A stretch of DNA of 62,772 nucleotides, filler included, from Circinaria calcarea (Eukaryota), in the NCBI GenBank assembly GCA_051942165.1. It is 38 parts of 38 records of this genome, joined end to end, with 100 filler letters (N's around TTAATTAATTAA, not from the genome) between each part and the next. Parts side by side here need not be neighbours in the genome. Positions count along the whole stretch, not along the records: positions 34,872 to 36,426 come from JAVECS010004545.1; positions 36,527 to 38,079 come from JAVECS010004546.1; positions 38,180 to 39,732 come from JAVECS010004547.1; positions 39,833 to 41,383 come from JAVECS010004548.1; positions 41,484 to 43,034 come from JAVECS010004549.1; positions 43,135 to 44,684 come from JAVECS010004550.1; positions 44,785 to 46,333 come from JAVECS010004551.1; positions 46,434 to 47,982 come from JAVECS010004552.1; 30 more parts are not named here. The stretch is one strand, 5' to 3'. The position numbers and the translations under genes are program-made. Below, in pieces: positions 35,883-48,082 of the stretch. The notes under the pieces were generated by a model, which worked only from the letters and a program-made list of their open reading frames with translations, did not search any database and had not been told where the DNA came from. Each line of letters starts with the position of its first letter. Position 1 is the first letter of the stretch.

Positions 35883-36426
35883 TTAAAGGTTTTCGGGTTT
35901 TGATTGTGAAGATTCCAACCAGGACGCGCCTCCCCAGATCAGCGCGCAGCTGAGTAAGGTCGCTGCGCCCAGCAGTTGCTGACTCCAGCCTGGTCCGGCT
36001 TCGACCTTGACTGGGCCGCCGTGTTTTCTAGGTTTCGTGGATGTATTCTCCTTTACGGAGACATTTTTCTTGTGCACCTCACCGGTGACCAGAGAAAGTG
36101 AATGGTTCTCCGCCTCCTTTCTCTTCCTGATAATATCTCCCAAGCGCCTCAGATCCTCCTGCCATTCCGTGTCGTTTCCTCTCGCCCCCGCTTCCATCTC
36201 CACGTTCTGGACGTTGCCGAAGAAATCCATGACTAATCTCTTCCTGCCTTCCTCCTTGCCGCTGGGGAATAAATCCCACCGTACACCAGGGGCGCTGTGG
36301 ATTTTGCTCTCGTCGTAGCTGTCGAAGAGTTCTCCGATTGTGAGCTGGCTGCCTACGCTTTTGACTTGCGTTTCGAGGAATTCGAGGTTATAGTAGGTAT
36401 AACGATCTATCACTGCGACACCAACA
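35883..36426 (-). CDS. GPI8: GPI-anchor transamidase catalytic subunit, C-terminal part
   Basis: VGVAVIDRYTYYNLEFLETQV...LFDSYD.SKIHS.PGVRWDLF...MDFFGNVQNVE, then a C-terminal TM helix. Confidence 0.93.
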
Positions 36427-37541
36427 NNNNNNNNNNNNNNNNNNNNNNNNNNNNNNNNNNNNNNNNNNNNTTAATTAATTAANNNNNNNNNNNNNNNNNN
36501 NNNNNNNNNNNNNNNNNNNNNNNNNNGGGGAGGGTAGACCATGAGCTTTTTTCTTGAGAGAGAGATGTGTGTGTATGTGTATGTGTGGGTTTGATAGAGG
36601 GGCAGGTAACCTGTGGTATCAACATAGTGAGTAGCGAAAACTTTGTCCGGGGGTTGCCTACCAAAAAAAAGGGCTTAAAACTACAGAAAGGATTTTACGC
36701 AAAATTGATTCTGGCTTCAAGGAAAAAAAGAAAGGCCGTTCTCCAAACGGAAATATCTCTTGGGAATATCGAAAAGGCATCTTCGTCATAACATAAAAGA
36801 CTCAGCTGGCGTTTCTGCCGTCTTCACAGAGTTCCTATTGTAATACGGTTGTCCCATGAGGAGAACTTTGGAAGGGCTGATTAGAAGCTACGCGGAATGG
36901 TGAGCAGCCATGTATACAGCCGGGATGTAATGATGCAGAATTAGGCCCTAGAGGATCATCCTCAGTGGCCATGGCCCTCTATATGGAAGGTAGGTATTCA
37001 AGACAACAGTTAGCTCGATTGCTTGGTTGGTTGCGCCAACCTCCAATGAGATTTATCCTTAGTCCCACACGCCCATAGGTTACATACCTAGACCATAATG
37101 TTTGAAGCTTTCACCTTTGGAGTAGCCTCCGAGATTCTCGGCGGGTGTGTAGCATCGGGCTGGCATGGTTAGCTGTCAAAATAAACTCTTAAGCGACGGC
37201 TGTTAATGAAAGCGCTAGACTTAATCGCCCATTAAGATTAGTGGGTTACCAGATATCGCGTTCTAAGAACATATCCCCACGCAATAATCGGGAAGATTTG
37301 TTGATATTAGACCACGCTCATAAAACTGGCCGGTACGGAAGCAATCTAAGCTTCTGATTGTTAAAGTTTAATGAGGTGTGGATAGTGCCTGCGCAGTAGA
37401 CGAACCACGAGGCGGTAGTAATCTAGAGGGTACCGTGGTTCTGGGTCTGATTAGAGATGCCTCCTCAAGCCACCTCCATATACTTGCTGACAGCACCGAG
37501 AAGATGCTATAGATTTAAGAAAACTTTACAGTAAAAGTGAT

Positions 37542-38079
37542 TTAGACCTTCGTGTACCGCAGATATCTGTTCAGCAAGTCAGCACCATTTCCTTCAGCTG
37601 TAAAACGGACCAACGTACGGCTTTACCTCCCGAACCTCCCCAAACTTCTTCTTCGCATCCTCCGTCTTCACAGTCGGTGGTACGATAACATCGTCACCTG
37701 GTCTATACCCACATCAGCATACAATCTCTCTTACCAAGTCCACAGGAACTACTTACATCCAGTCAATCGGTGTTGTAATCCCCTTCTGATCCCCCAACTG
37801 CAGACTATCCACAACCCTCAGCACCTCTTTCGTATTCCTCCCCACACTGGCCGGATACATCATCGTAAGTCTAATCTTCTTGGCCGGGTCAATGACGAAA
37901 ACGCTGCGTATCGTAAAAGCAATTCCCTTTTCGTCAATATTGGTAAGGTCTTGGGAGTCGACCATGTCGTAGAGGAAAGCAACATTACGTTCCGCGTCGG
38001 CGATGATGGGGAAGGAGAGATCCGTGGAGGAGATTTCGTTAATATCGGATATCCACCGGGAGTGAGAGGAGAGGTCATT
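37542..38079 (-). CDS. PRX1: 1-Cys peroxiredoxin (5'-truncated; two introns)
   Basis: FPIIADAERNVAFLYDM, TIRSVFVIDPAKKIRLTMMYPASVGRN..EVLRVVDSLQL, TPIDW-IPGDDVIVPP, KPYLRYTKV*. Confidence 0.95.
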
Positions 38080-38179
38080 NNNNNNNNNNNNNNNNNNNNN
38101 NNNNNNNNNNNNNNNNNNNNNNNTTAATTAATTAANNNNNNNNNNNNNNNNNNNNNNNNNNNNNNNNNNNNNNNNNNNN

Positions 38180-39732
38180 AGACAGAGGAGAGAAAGTCTC
38201 TCTGGCAGACCTGAGAGGCCTATCAGCATGAGTGGGTTTGATGAGTACCTTCCGAAAGTATCATCGTCAAATAGAAACGGGCCACCCGTCACTACTAGGG
38301 GGTTTGGCAAGATTGACAGAGCAGGAAGTCTAAGGCACGATTATCAAGACAGAGAGTCCGATGCAAGGGAATCGGTGTCTAGTAGAAGCCGTGATGATGC
38401 CGACAGTCTACAAAGACGCAGATCGACTAGAGCACCTGTGGCTTTACATCAAGATTCGGAGGACGGATACTCCTCTTACAGAGAGGACCGTAGTGACCCA
38501 CATAGGAGGCATCGTCATAAATCACGGAGGGATGAGAGTATCGATCGCGGAAATGATAGTCGAGGTTTGGGCATTAGGGTACCGCGCGAGGACGAGTCTC
38601 GCCGAGAACAGGAAGATAAGCCCAGAAGACACCACGAATCTAGTCACCGAAGAGACCGGGATGATCTGGAAGATCGCGATCGCGATCGTAAATCCCGCGA
38701 TGATCACCACGGAGAGAGGCATGGTGAAGACCTTGCACTTGGAGCTGCCAGCATCGCTGCCGCAGGTTTAGTCGCGGAGGGCGTTAGACATCGACGTGAT
38801 CGAGATCAGGATCGAGATGTACCAGAAAGGGATGAAAATGTTTCGCGTGATCGAAAGCATGATTCCGATCGGGACCGTCAAGATAGGGTTCAACTACCGT
38901 CTAAGAGTTCGGGTCCGAATATGACCAACAGTGACGAAGAACGAAGAGAGCGACGGAGACGACGGAGGAGAGAAAAAGAGGCCAGAGCACAAGAAGAAGA
39001 AGCTGCGAGAGGGCGAGATGCGGAATCAGGTCGTCCGGAAGATGACTCATTCCGACCAGGGTCCTATGAACGAGATGGGCGACCACCTCCAGAGGCAAAG
39101 CGAGAAGGTGATGAAACACGAAGACGGCATCGCCGCCGGAAGAATCATGATCATGAGAAAGACCAAGAGTCCAATGATGAAGAATCATCAGATGAACTTG
39201 GTCGAGCTCCTCGCGAACCCCGTCACAGTGTTGTCCGGGTAGTCAGTCCATCAAGAGAGAAAGAGCCTGAACCTAAACCTAAAGGTATACTCCGGCCACC
39301 CCGTGAAAAGTTCCCCGAAGATCCAGCTCCAATACGTGAAGGTGTTGCACCACTCAAGGAAGCCGGTAAAAAGGGGGTACCACCGAATGCACGATGGACT
39401 AAGATTGATCGGAAGTTAGTCAACCCTGAAGCTTTGGATCTAAATAATGAGAGATACGAAGAAAGGGTTGACTACGTGATTGTATTGAGGGTGTTGACGA
39501 AAGAAGAGATTGAAAAATATGCCAAGAAAACTCAAGATATTAGGGAGGCAAGAGGTATGATCGCCTTCTTTCCGAGGAAGAGAATGAAACCGACTGACAA
39601 ATTCTAGATAAGAAATTTCTCGAAGACCATCGGCGTCTGAAAGCCATTGAAGACGCCGAAAGAAAATACGAGCGTGAACCAATGTTCATTGACAATCGAC
39701 CATACGAAGAGCCCAAATCCCATGCTCCATCA
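38180..39732 (+). CDS. Arg/Asp/Glu-rich fungal protein with C-terminal DUF8035-like domain, haplotype 1 (truncated both ends; intron 39555-39607)
   Basis: KPKGILRPPREKFPEDP.PIREGVAPLK...PPNARWTKIDRKLVNPEAL...ERYEER.DYVIVLRVLTKEEI..YA.KT..IR.AR. Confidence 0.8.
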
Positions 39733-39832
39733 NNNNNNNNNNNNNNNNNNNNNNNNNNNNNNNNNNNNNNNNNNNNTTAATTAATTAANNNNNNNNNNNN
39801 NNNNNNNNNNNNNNNNNNNNNNNNNNNNNNNN

Positions 39833-39993
39833 TCATCTTCGCGACCCTCTTCTGCAAGATTATGAAGGAGGAACCCATTACCATTGTGGGAGAAGATCCG
39901 ACTGCCGAGAAAGTCGGACGGTTCAAACAGTTCGGCCAAGCTGTTTTCAAACGAACGCTATCAATGGAGAGGAGAAAGTCGAAAGATGAGTAG
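39833..39993 (+). CDS. 3' end of an unknown gene
   Basis: Open frame IFATLFCKIMKEEPITIVGEDPTAEKVGRFKQFGQAVFKRTLSMERRKSKDE*. Confidence 0.45.
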
Positions 39994-41483
39994 GATAGTG
40001 CCCCATGTGATTTCTTATGTAATGCACTGTCTATAACATCTGGTTACTATTGGGGGTTTACTTGGTTTATGCATTATATACCCTTCAATCTGCATATCAA
40101 ACGTACTTTTATCTGGGGTGGCGGCGAATCCGTCTGGAAGCACCATGGCTATTCTCGCGATCGGCATATCGAAAGGTTTCGCTTTGCAGATATGAACCAC
40201 ACTTTACTTCTTCTGTACTCTCCTGTATTCTTTTTAACCTTTAATTTGCTTACTCAGCTGGCTTTGAGTTTGCCTGTACAGGGAAGGGCTTTTAACGAAC
40301 CAAAAATTAGAAAAGAGCCGGCTATGCTCGTCCACAGGGAAAGGGCTGAAAGGGAAGGTACGGGAGGAATTATGTCGGGTTCAATCGATACCAAAACTGT
40401 GTAAAAAAAAAAAGGAGGCTTTTCTTCGCAGAGTGCCAGTGCGGTCTTGCTGCTGAGAGAGAGGGGCAAATGAGATAAGATTAGAGCAGAGGGGCGTATT
40501 TTATTTGCATGAGGAAATCCTCAAGGGAGAGGAAGGAGATGGATTTATTTCCGTCATGAATTGAGCTCATCCCGTTCCAGAAACTCCGATGTATCTAATA
40601 TATGTAGTATATACATTCCCCGAAGTTCGGATCGCCCGCATGCCATTTTTTCTCCCAAAAGCAATAACAATTTGTCAATTTCGGACCCTCGCCGTCAGCT
40701 AAAAAAAGTTCTAGATAATTGGGTGTTGGTGTAGCTGTCAGCAGCAGCAGCAGTTTCACAGATGTTTTTTCACCGTCTTTTCATCCAAAACCCCAACCTC
40801 GTCGTTACCTTTTTGACCGAAACTTCACCGCCCCCCCTTCCTTTCCTGTAGCTGTAGAAAGACATGCATTTATTATAAAAGTATCTTACGTTATGGTAGC
40901 TGCTCATCTCATCTCCTCTAAAAAGGCCTTTTCCCGTCCACTCACTTCCTCGCCTTTGCTTTTGTATAGCTTTTTTCTTCTTCTTTTTGGGTCTTTTTTA
41001 CAGGCTACCCGAGAGGGGATATCTATCTTTTATCAAACGCCCTCTATCAGAACGATAGTTAAACTCGCGCATATATACAGTTTTCGAGAGAGAGAAAAAT
41101 TACAAAGGGGGGCTTTCTTGGCTTTCCTAGTCCTAAAAAATATATGGTTGAGGTCACATCCATCTGCCCCTTACCATATGGTAATGAGAAGGGGGAGCCC
41201 AGCTCTAACTACCATATGGTAAGATGATTGGTAAGCTTTTAGGTATGAAGGGAGTAGCTTTAGGGATTTTTGTTATTTCTCTTTCTGGCCCGAAGTCGAA
41301 TCTAGACGATAAATGTGCTATTTCTTATGTAGCGAATTTGAGGGGTTTTATGATCCCCGAATATTTGGGGGAAGGGGGGGGAGNNNNNNNNNNNNNNNNN
41401 NNNNNNNNNNNNNNNNNNNNNNNNNNNTTAATTAATTAANNNNNNNNNNNNNNNNNNNNNNNNNNNNNNNNNNNNNNNNNNNN

Positions 41484-41598
41484 ATATCAATCTACCGGTT
41501 ATCGCGCTCGTGGTACCCGTGGCAGAGGGAGAGGCTATTACAATCACAACAGCCGTGGCGGCAGTTACAAGCCCTATGACAGAGGTGGTTCTGAATAA
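41484..41598 (+). CDS. 3' end of an RG/RGG-rich protein
   Basis: YQSTGYRARGTRGRGRGYYNHNSRGGSYKPYDRGGSE*. Confidence 0.5.
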
Positions 41599-42352
41599 CT
41601 ATTTGTGTCAGATGTGACTTTCGAATTGTTAGTCTGATCGACGCAGCACTGTTATGCCTAAGCGCCGTAGCTGTTTGATAGAGAGAGTTAGTAGTAATAC
41701 CAGATCTAGGGTAGCCTGAATGAAGAATTCTCTCTTGAGCAGGACCTCAACCCTTAGACTTGCTGCTCCAAGTTTCAGAAACCAGAAACCAGAAACCAGA
41801 ACCCAGAACCCAGATCCCGTTGCTGTGGACTCCGTGGATCTCCAGCCGGTGTTCCCAGAATGCGGGGAATGCTTCGATGGCCTGCATACATTCTGCACGA
41901 TGGTTCCCCAGCCATGCAGAGACGTCGGAACCACTTGCTTGTTCCTAGGGAGCTGTAGCAATCTTAAATTGAATGTCTTGTGCGCTTCTTTCCCGCTCCC
42001 CTTTCCAGGGACTATCCAGGACGGAATATGCAGCGTGTATGAATTACCCCAAGACCTAGATCAGGTCCGACGTCTGAACTGTCTGATAACACTGCCGATA
42101 ACCCAATCAGCACCGAGAGCGTTCTTTAATCCCGCAAATCGAGGCACCCAAGATCATGCAGGACTAAGGAAGGGAATTCTTAGATACACGGTATCCAAAG
42201 CCCCAGTTGTTGCATTGATCCGCCGGCGACAGACTGTCCTACGAATGCGGACCTGGGGAGGAGTCGTGCTTGCTGCAATTAAGCGCAAAGGCTATATCTA
42301 TCCGCAATCCCGCCCTCGATCATTCTCATCCATCAATCGTCCTACACTCAAA

Positions 42353-43034
42353 ATGGCTCGTAAGTTCAACAACCCAGCAGCCCCTACCCCTCCTATTCAT
42401 CATACTTCTGCACGCCTCCCCCGCGTATTTCATCTCCACTATCCCACCTATCCACAGCCGCGCTTCCGGGGACTAACCTTCTCTAGAGAACGACCCCATT
42501 ATCTCAAAAATCCTTTCCGCTAACGCAGAATGGGCCTCCCATATTTGCTCCTCCAAACCTGACCTCTTCCCCTCCCTCGCCACCTCCCAGCACCCTTCCA
42601 TTCTTTGGATCGGCTGCTCTGACTCCCGTGTCCCGGAAACCACTCTCACGGGATGCCTACCCGGTGATATCTTTGTCCATCGAAACATTGCTAACATCAT
42701 TCACTCCGGCGACATCTCCGCTGCCAGTGTTATTGAGTATGCTGTCGCGTACTTGGGAGTGCAGCGGATCGTCATCTGTGGACACGAAGGATGTGGTGGT
42801 GTCGGAGGGGCGTTGGGAAATAAGAAAATTGGCGTTGTGGACACATGGCTACTTCCTCTCCGAAACATTCGAATGAGACTGCAAACTCAGGGGGGGAAGG
42901 ATTGGGAAGCTCTGGATCCGAAAGAGAAGGTTAGCAAGGTAGTCGAAGAGAACGTGTGTGAAGGGGTGCAGACTGTGAGAGGCAACCCGCATGTGATCCA
43001 GGCTGCTGAGGAGAGAGGCTTGAAAGTCGTGGGG
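42353..43034 (+). CDS. Beta-class carbonic anhydrase (Nce103-like); intron 42360-42486; 3'-truncated
   Basis: Q.PSILWIGCSDSRVPE, PGDIFVHRNIAN, VIEYAV..LGV..IVICGH.GCGGV (Cys-His-Cys zinc ligands). Confidence 0.95.
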
Positions 43035-43329
43035 NNNNNNNNNNNNNNNNNNNNNNNNNNNNNNNNNNNNNNNNNNNNTTAATTAATTAANNNNNNNNNN
43101 NNNNNNNNNNNNNNNNNNNNNNNNNNNNNNNNNNTACAATGGAGCTATGTAAACCAGGCCAAGGGAGGGCCTTGCAGACGAGGTATTGATTGGCTGGGAG
43201 CACTGTTATTCCGGGTCTACCTAACAACCTCCGAGCATAAAAAAAAAACTCCATCGGCAGATTTCTAGACTACCCCCTGTAAATCTCTGTATTTACTATT
43301 CTACACACTCTTATCCATGTAGTTGGCAT

Positions 43330-44330
43330 CTTACCTAAATACTCCTTGCAATCAACCCTACCAGCATATCATCGTCCTCCGATTGGCTTGATTAACTTCG
43401 CTGTCGCTGCCGCTTGGTTTGTGAGGATCACCCGCGGAGGAGAGCAGCCGTCGCAGAAGACAAGGTTGTCTAGGGATTTGAATGTTCATTCAAATGCCTC
43501 TTTGGATTCAAATAGGTATGATGAAGGCAAGGCAGATAGGGAAATTCTTGCCTGTGGCAGTGATGCCACTGCATATAGTAAGAAGAGCTAGGCGGAGTTC
43601 GTTCGTGTTGAACGTCGCGTCGATAAGTAGCATCCAGTTGCTGCAGAACCTCTTTGCTAAAGTAATCATAGATGGTCATGTGAACCAGACCTGCTCCATA
43701 ATAGAGTGTTCCTATCGGGAGCCGGCAGTGTCGAATTGACGCTTATACTTGGGACGGCAATGGAATCCATTGCCGGCCAGGCAGGTGAGTGTTTCTTCGG
43801 CAGGATCCACTGGTGCGGTGACTTCATTATTTGTCGATCCGACCGATGCTTTTGCCGTCTTCCGCCAGGACGTTGCTTGCGACCTTGTGCTTGACGCCTG
43901 CACGTCGCCGAAGAGTCGCTTAGTGGATAGTTGCCTCTCGGTCCGGGAGGTGGTGGCGTTGGAGTTGATTGTGAAAGGGACTGGCGGAGGGCGGGTGATT
44001 GTGACTGCTGTGTACAGTAGTCACCTTCCACCTACGGCCATCGTTGTCCGGGCGGAGTTTGATATTTCACGGACAGCCAAGCTGGTTGACGTGAGTGTTC
44101 TTCTTTTGCCAGTCCACTTCTGCTAAGTTTCTCGAGTTCCGAGTCTCGGATCCGTAGTGTACGCACACTACGATGAACCTCGTCTTGTCGCACCGGCCGG
44201 AGATGACGGAGATATGTCCCTGAGTAAAAACCCAGTCTTCGATGCGTTGCTCTGCTGCCGTTTTATCTTGAAAAATCTCTTCTTCGTGGGAGGTGAGAGG
44301 TGTCTGGAAGGGAACCGGTCGACTGCTTGG
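43330..44330 (-). mobile_element. Mutator-like (MULE) transposase pseudogene with stops and frameshifts
   Basis: CVHYGSETRNSRNL...THVNQLGCP*...WKV...HNHP (FAR1-like DNA-binding region); LAKRFCSNWMLLIDATFNTNELRL..GITATGKNFP; LVFCDGCSPPRVILTNQAAA; ends approximate. Confidence 0.85.
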
Positions 44331-44784
44331 AGGAATAAGTCTCTGTACTTACGGCCAAGCCAGTCGGGGATATATACAGAAGCCGCTATGGAAGGTAAGT
44401 GCTCGATTCTAACTCTTATAGTCGCATCTACTCACTATGTATAGGTAAGTCAACTACACTGCTATTCCTCCGTTCTAACCGCTCTTTCTCGGCCGTTTTC
44501 GCTCCCTCTCGCGCTGCTTGGTCCAAGGGGCCAGACAGGTTTCGAGAGCCTATCGCGGCTTCTCCCCTTCCGATTGAGGAACCGCATTACAAGAGGATGA
44601 TTCTAGGGATACTGGGAATAACTGGGGCTTGGAGGAGGTGATGAAAGGCGGTGGAGATGGCTGGAGTGGGGGGGGGTGCGTGGGNNNNNNNNNNNNNNNN
44701 NNNNNNNNNNNNNNNNNNNNNNNNNNNNTTAATTAATTAANNNNNNNNNNNNNNNNNNNNNNNNNNNNNNNNNNNNNNNNNNNN

Positions 44785-45327
44785 GCCCCAATCCATTCCA
44801 ACACTATGGCCGGAGACGTTGAAATTCATGGCGGCACACCCCGAGTATTTGCACAAGAATAACGCGATGGATTGGTTAACAGATAGCGCGAGTAGACCAG
44901 AACATAATCGGAAGGCGAATGGGTACTCGACTTGTCATTTCTGGAGTAACTTCGAAATTGCGGACCTAGACTTCTGGCGCAGCCCCATTTACGAGGAATA
45001 TTTTAACCATCTAGACCGCGCAGGAGGATTCTTCTATGAGAGATGGGGAGATGCGCCAGTGCATTCAATTGCACTGGGGTTGTTCGAGAATAAAAGCAAG
45101 ATTCACTGGTGAGCAGTCCTTGTATACTATACCACATGGCTCTAGGCTGACATCTTTGATACGCCTCCAGGTTTCGTGATATTGGCTATCAACACATTCC
45201 CTACTTCAACTGTCCCAACTCGCCTAAATGCTCAGGCTGCAAGAAGGGTGAATTTACGGATGGTGAGAGGTTTCTCTTAAAGGAGGACTGCCGACCTAGT
45301 TGGTTCAAAACCGCCGGGAAGGGCTGA
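44785..45327 (+). CDS. GT15 (Kre2/Ktr) alpha-1,2-mannosyltransferase, C-terminal part; intron 45109-45170
   Basis: IPTLW, YSTCHFWSNFEIADLDFWRS, LDRAGGFFYERWGDAPVHSIA, IHW-FRDIGYQH. Confidence 0.95.
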
Positions 45328-46433
45328 GCAAGTAATTATCTTTGCATTCGACGGTGTTTTCTTGATCCTTGTCGTCCGCCTATTCAATTTTACGACAAGG
45401 CTGTATGATATGTTGCATATACGGCATCGGAGTATACGGCGCGATAAGGAACTACACTGTTCGGCCGGGGTGGGCGCGGTAAATGTTACATATTTCCTAC
45501 ATATTTTGTTCTTTGTAACATTAACCCGCATCGCAATCTATATAATATTTGTCAGCTTGACGGCAAGAGATGAGAAAGTCTTAAGATGTGTGCCTGAACA
45601 TATCCAAGCGCATTAATCGAAAGGGACTTTCAAAACATGCTCCGATGAACATCTTGTCTAGTCTGTTCCAATCTTGCTTTAGGTGGATATGTTCTTTTCT
45701 TACCTCTCCGAGTTTGTACATACCTATAGTTTCACAAGTAAACTATTCATTGATGTGCAAAACTAAGCCTACTGTTCTTACTGTCTCGCAAGAAACTCGA
45801 CTTATCATAGAGTTGACCAGAGGTCATGGCCTCGACCTAGGACCTTATTAGGTGTTCTCCATGAGCGGAAAGGAGTGGACTATGACGTTCTTCCCCCCGG
45901 GGTTGGTTATCGGTCCAGTATCGAAATATCGAACAAATTTTTTTATGGTCTTCATTCCTAATGATGAGAAGAGAAAGTTTCTCTTCACGCTATTGTTCAT
46001 TTTGAGCAACCTCTCCACACGTGACATGGCTCAGGTTTCCACGCCAAAGGCTTTCTCTTTCCTCTGACATGCTGCCAAAATATAGAAGCCACTTGGTGTG
46101 GTCGAGTATATCAGCTGTTCAATCAAAGGTTTTATCAAAGAAGGTTATCTGAAGCCCTTGACGAATTTTTAGGGATAATAACTATACGCTGTAACTACGG
46201 TCTACTGTTAGTACGCTTTCAATTTCTACTCCGAGAGCCGCAGATACGGATGATGGGGCCTAAGGGTCTTATCATAGGCAGCAGGGACCATCTGTAATTG
46301 GCTAAGAAGCATACCGTGCCAAAGCGAGAGAGGNNNNNNNNNNNNNNNNNNNNNNNNNNNNNNNNNNNNNNNNNNNNTTAATTAATTAANNNNNNNNNNN
46401 NNNNNNNNNNNNNNNNNNNNNNNNNNNNNNNNN

Positions 46434-46880
46434 CTGTTATTGCTATCGTGTTATACTACCCCCTATAAGATATGGATATGAATATATTTTTATTATTTCT
46501 TTTATTACTATTTCTATTTTACGTGCTGTTGCTTTTTTTATTATTTTTATTATTATTTTCGCTGCGTAATATTCATCGAATAATTAATTTATTAAATATT
46601 TTTTATAATATTCCTGGCGTTGGTCGAGCATACGTTTTAAATTTAATACGCGTTGATAATTTAAACGAAGCCTTAAATATTCTTCTAATGGCACGTTAGT
46701 TGGAAGCCACGTGTCGAGGTATATATTATATATATAGCATGATATTATATCAGGCGCATTATTCGTGGGTGTATAGCTGAAGCCTGCGTGGGCCATAGCC
46801 TCTATTATTAATATATTATATAACTAGTAGCGAAAGGTCCGTAAATAAGTATTTAAAGGGAAAATTTATTGCGCGCTCAT
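46434..46880 (-). pseudogene. RIP-mutated gene with N-terminal BIR (baculovirus IAP repeat) domain
   Basis: MSAQ*IFPLNTYLRTFRY*LYNILIIEAMAHAGFSYTPTNNAPDIISCYIYNIYLDTWLPTNVPLEEYLRLRLNY; three ligand positions are TAT codons at C-x2-C-x16-H-x6-C spacing. Confidence 0.8.
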
Positions 46881-47744
46881 TTCTAGCAAAAATAATAAAA
46901 AAACGGGGATATTATCGTTTTGCGTACTGAATTTATATATAGATACCGACTTTTCTCTATAATTTAACCCTAAGAAAAAGGAATCAAGTGCGAGTTTGGT
47001 TTTTTGGTGTGATGTTAAGAAATGTGTCGAGGAGAGATAGGAAATCGCTGGTTTTTAATTATGAATTGGCGTGTTTCTCTGAGTATGCTATTCGAAGCTG
47101 CAATAAAGCGCTCGAAGGGAGTAGATATGAAGTGGGAGGTGGGAATAGGTTTAATGACCTTATTGAGTGGGATTTGGCTCGTTTTTGGGCGTGGTGGGTA
47201 GGTTTTCTCCGGAGGTCTGGTGGAAAAATCTTCTAATGACTCTTTGAAAGTCTGATCACTCGAAATGCTACCACTTATTACATAAAGGGTTTATCCCATC
47301 GGCATAACGTAGTATATTCAGTAATAAAGTGATGATATATAGCCAGAATAGCTACACGAAGCTAAATATATAGCCTATAGGGCTGCGCCGGGCCGACATC
47401 CTCCGTGTATAGGGAAGCCTAGGGCTGATCCATAATAATTTTGGAAAAATAAAATTAATAGGCAGCGTAATAAAAAGGCCCTAAAAAAAATTATTATAAA
47501 AAATTTAATAACCGCTGAAAGATTTAATGCAAAAACAGTAAGCTTTATTAATAAATAATAAAATATTATTATTTATTATGAAAACGCGAGCTAAGATTTT
47601 ATTATAATCACACCGCAGGCTGCGCCTGCGGTTTGGGGATTAGTAGGAAGTTAGCGCCATTTAGGTAGTATATCCCGAGGATTTTCCCCGTAGGGGAAAA
47701 TCATCCTTTATTTCCAATTCATAATACCTTTTGCACGCAGTGCA

Positions 47745-47982
47745 TGTAAGGGCGCTGCAATCCTTGAGGCCTAATGAGGAATATGTTAAGTCTCGATTGG
47801 TAATAGCACGGTTACATAGGGTGTAGTTAAACTGTTGCCCTATGTTATGGCGCCACGCCATACCAGTTACGCTAAACCCCAAGAAGCCTACCGTCGGGGC
47901 GGAGGAACCCGACACCGGTGCTCAGAGTGCTCAGGAGCACTTGGCACCAGAGCCATCTGAGCATAGCAGGCAGCATGCTCAG
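47745..47982. mobile_element. Second copy of the nested LTR-in-LTR junction (matches 14197-14434)
   Basis: Same outer LTR end, CCCTA (47838-47842) and inner LTR start; different upstream flank; three differences, all CA/TA or TG/TA. Confidence 0.92.
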
Positions 47983-48082
47983 NNNNNNNNNNNNNNNNNN
48001 NNNNNNNNNNNNNNNNNNNNNNNNNNTTAATTAATTAANNNNNNNNNNNNNNNNNNNNNNNNNNNNNNNNNNNNNNNNNNNN

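Noticed and set aside
41720..42523. 267-aa ORF upstream of carbonic anhydrase
   Set aside because: It runs through a microsatellite, the promoter and the CA intron, with no protein-like features.
18286..46880. Stop-codon reassignment (TAA=Gln, TAG=Trp) suggested by in-frame stops in three genes
   Set aside because: Conserved genes here end normally in TAA or TAG (QCR8, PRX1, GH16), and accompanying missense changes share the CpA/TpG context, which points to RIP.
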